28,241 nt of DNA, from positions 1 through 28,241 of the IMG/VR virus record IMGVR_UViG_3300032324_000363; one strand, given 5' to 3'. The translations under genes were made by a program, and so were the position numbers. Below, piece after piece: positions 27,201 through 28,241 of the stretch (its first letter is position 1; each line of letters begins with the position of its first letter). Source of the DNA: a virus. Lineage: Duplodnaviria > Caudoviricetes. Below the pieces are notes generated by a model. That model was given only the letters and a program-made list of their open reading frames with translations, had not been told where the DNA came from and did no database searches.

Positions 27201-27551
27201 ACAACTGGTCTTGGATACACAGCATTCAGAACAAGAATGCAGAGTTGTATAACAAACGGCTTTGCTGGTGTGCAGAGAAGACTCTCGTTCAAGTCTAAAC
27301 GAGGAAATACTCCCACAGATCCACCTGTTTCAGGCAGGGCGAATCTAGTAGAGGGAAATGCTACACCTGTATTCATCAAGGAACGAACTAGTAACGCTGG
27401 TGCTATTACAGGCTATGGTTTTTACACAATATTAGGCTCAGATTCACAATTTAGTTCAGGTGTTCCAAAGGGTGGCTACTCGTTCTATTATCTTGTTGAT
27501 GCAACTGTCTATCCATTCCCAACAGATTCAAATGGAAATCTCATTTTCTGA
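24285..27551 (+). CDS. Fibre / receptor-binding protein, 1088 aa
   Basis: N-terminal SDTFNEWL..TN attachment motif and GTVTTVNST...V.D..L.LG...GGGIILKG segment. Two internal repeats containing SAENAEAIG. C-terminal carbohydrate-binding-like module (TLSFIAR...LTTQWKRYFFTF...VQLEMG..GTP). Confidence 0.75.
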   Translation: MPTGPSSNQYIIPDILLSDTFNEWLTVTNTDIIEKLNFLKVYTATGTGGITVDTLTNGEAMISIAEIIPGPHTFTGNITFNGTVTTVNSTEMTVDDYNLVLGHTAGGSGGSDAEINAAGGGGIILKGLTTDKEFLWKTGPDAWYSSESLRLAAGKRFLSGDDTFRLHTTTGGLHVKVTGAGTTYDTLFYIGTSAGATAEVARIRQDTTVEIYNGVNRKRFHQAGAGYTFGHVIRPMAGGFTLAKADSAENAEAIGIICGVNGNTYDVMFQGEISGDFTTVLGSTLTAGNVYFLSATTAGFLSASYPAATPNNITKAMLLGFGPTQGYVLHYVGVAATGGIDVDLGASSSEGVETIIQGSGFVIGDVVRVSDNGAGYDKAAANSAENAEAIGVITGVINATTFRLKTFGIHLFNTGITLDEGYQSGISSGQVYFLSTSLGKMTLNQPTSAPSLVKPMMVGLPSNKALILNRNAMIPADSGGGGGGPTEPTSPVTEGLVGKTFLPVFDGSTADNLFYAGGNPLDPNLNAIFRSTIDTETTDAGQNQRGYYVYHLRLNDIVDTIPANATHVVLQGVGQANYSATTSYSRVIVGPYSGDVGLTNSYDPANLGATPLKYTDMEKYSRFLSEKYNGDFIHNQFPTSGKSTFSEHVVCRIGKQTVGSETFNAVTMLMRTKGVDFINHSIRVVGFYCEANLSGDIPSTPKNKVSNPFFEKREHDAFQKLGNPSYTNVVGGTGVKNSVAADGWTVCAVGGVTSNTLTTTFRGRISSDTANGLDSSCSAITQIQFTGNPSSPIDAVALLSNSNVRVRSVPNGKATLSFIARVSTGTQRIQAGFSRNYYNNTISNEDNIPDSSYAHIGTATLTTQWKRYFFTFDLPDLADGGQFSTSNLHFILGHKNYTPPTNPWLKNFNSMVNSALANYWVASGTQIEFAHVQLEMGAIGTPIEVLSDAISNLETDAIVALGEGEHTVVTDSTTGLGYTAFRTRMQSCITNGFAGVQRRLSFKSKRGNTPTDPPVSGRANLVEGNATPVFIKERTSNAGAITGYGFYTILGSDSQFSSGVPKGGYSFYYLVDATVYPFPTDSNGNLIF

Positions 27552-27563
27552 TAAGAGAGAAAC

Positions 27564-28241
27564 ATGGCTAATTCAGCGATAAATCCAACATTTCTAATTG
27601 ATGATATTGAGAGCATTCGCAATACTATCTCAATACCAGGTCACTCATTCGCTGCTGGCGATGTTGTAAGATATGATGTTGCTACAAATTCTTATCAAAA
27701 GGCATTGGCTAGCGGTGATACTCCCGAAGAAGCCGCGATCAATGCAGAAGCAATAGGAATAGTAGAATCAACAACAACAAACACAATAACCCTTGTATAC
27801 AAGGGTGAAATTGATCTCTCTACAATCACGGATGTCAATGATGATCTGATAACTTCCTCAACAGAATCTGTCTATTATCTCACGCCAGACGAAACTTTTA
27901 TTGGACGATTGACTTCAATACCACCATCACAAGATTTCCATGTAATCAAGCCAATGCTTGTGAGAAGTGATGGTAATGTAGGAATAGTAGTAAACTACAT
28001 CGGAACTCTTATCGGTGGTCAGAGCCTAGTTTCTCTAAACGCAGTTCAGCCTGTGGGAACCATAATGCCCTATGCTGGAGACACAAGTGTTCTTCCAATA
28101 AATTGGTCTTTGTGCGATGGAAGTCTTATTGAAGTTGAGAGTCACACGGATTACTATGAAGCCGTTGGAACTCGTTATGGTTGGCAAGCAAATCTACGGA
28201 TAACAACTGCTGATAGCGGAACTTTATCCGCAGCAATTCTA
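27564..28241 (+). CDS. Tail fibre protein with a phage tail-collar domain (3' end beyond the window)
   Basis: Not in the ORF track. Read by hand from ATG 27564 (MANSAINPTFLIDD...), open for 226 codons to the edge. Contains an NAEAIG repeat module followed by QPVGTIMPYAGD....INWSLCDGS......DYYEAVGTRYG (collar motif). Confidence 0.82.
   Translation, partial: MANSAINPTFLIDDIESIRNTISIPGHSFAAGDVVRYDVATNSYQKALASGDTPEEAAINAEAIGIVESTTTNTITLVYKGEIDLSTITDVNDDLITSSTESVYYLTPDETFIGRLTSIPPSQDFHVIKPMLVRSDGNVGIVVNYIGTLIGGQSLVSLNAVQPVGTIMPYAGDTSVLPINWSLCDGSLIEVESHTDYYEAVGTRYGWQANLRITTADSGTLSAAIL

Noticed and set aside
1-28241. Stop-codon reassignment, introns/inteins, CRISPR arrays, tRNAs, diversity-generating retroelement repeats and intrinsic terminators
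   Set aside because: Genes are full length and tightly packed in the standard code, with TAA, TGA and TAG all used as stops. Intergenic gaps are at most about 45 bp. I saw no spaced repeats, cloverleafs, adenine-variable repeat pairs or hairpin-polyT by eye, though subtle cases could be missed.

Overview
A 28.2-kb piece of a large T4-like (T4-superfamily) myovirus genome, made up almost entirely of tail, baseplate and fibre morphogenesis genes read in the standard genetic code. Two operons diverge from a 45-bp intergenic region (4161-4205). The minus-strand operon runs gp4, gp2, gp54-like, gp26, gp51-like and a gp29/tape-measure-like gene that runs off the left edge. The plus-strand operon runs gp48, gp53, gp27-like hub, a 44-aa ORF, gp5 spike, a 139-aa ORF, PAAR (gp5.4), a 558-aa unknown, gp25, gp6, gp7, gp8, a VrlC/DUF4815-like protein, a 64-aa coiled-coil protein and two fibre genes, the last running off the right edge. 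Four genes missing from the ORF track were read by hand: 2-1555(-), 1548-1739(-), 8085-8219(+) and 27564-28241(+). The most notable signal is a phased T-TTT-TTC slippery heptamer at the end of gp26. Its -1 frame runs directly into the gp51-like ORF, whose 5' part has no start codon, just upstream of the tape-measure-like gene. This resembles the lambda G/G-T tail-chaperone frameshift, here in a T4-like phage. Also notable are an extended spike locus (gp5 with a C-terminal extension, a TubC-N-like docking-domain protein, PAAR and a possible cargo protein), a collagen plus Cys-rich tail on the VrlC-like protein, and repeated cement-like modules in the fibre genes. All family assignments come from motif recognition and gene order, not from database searches.
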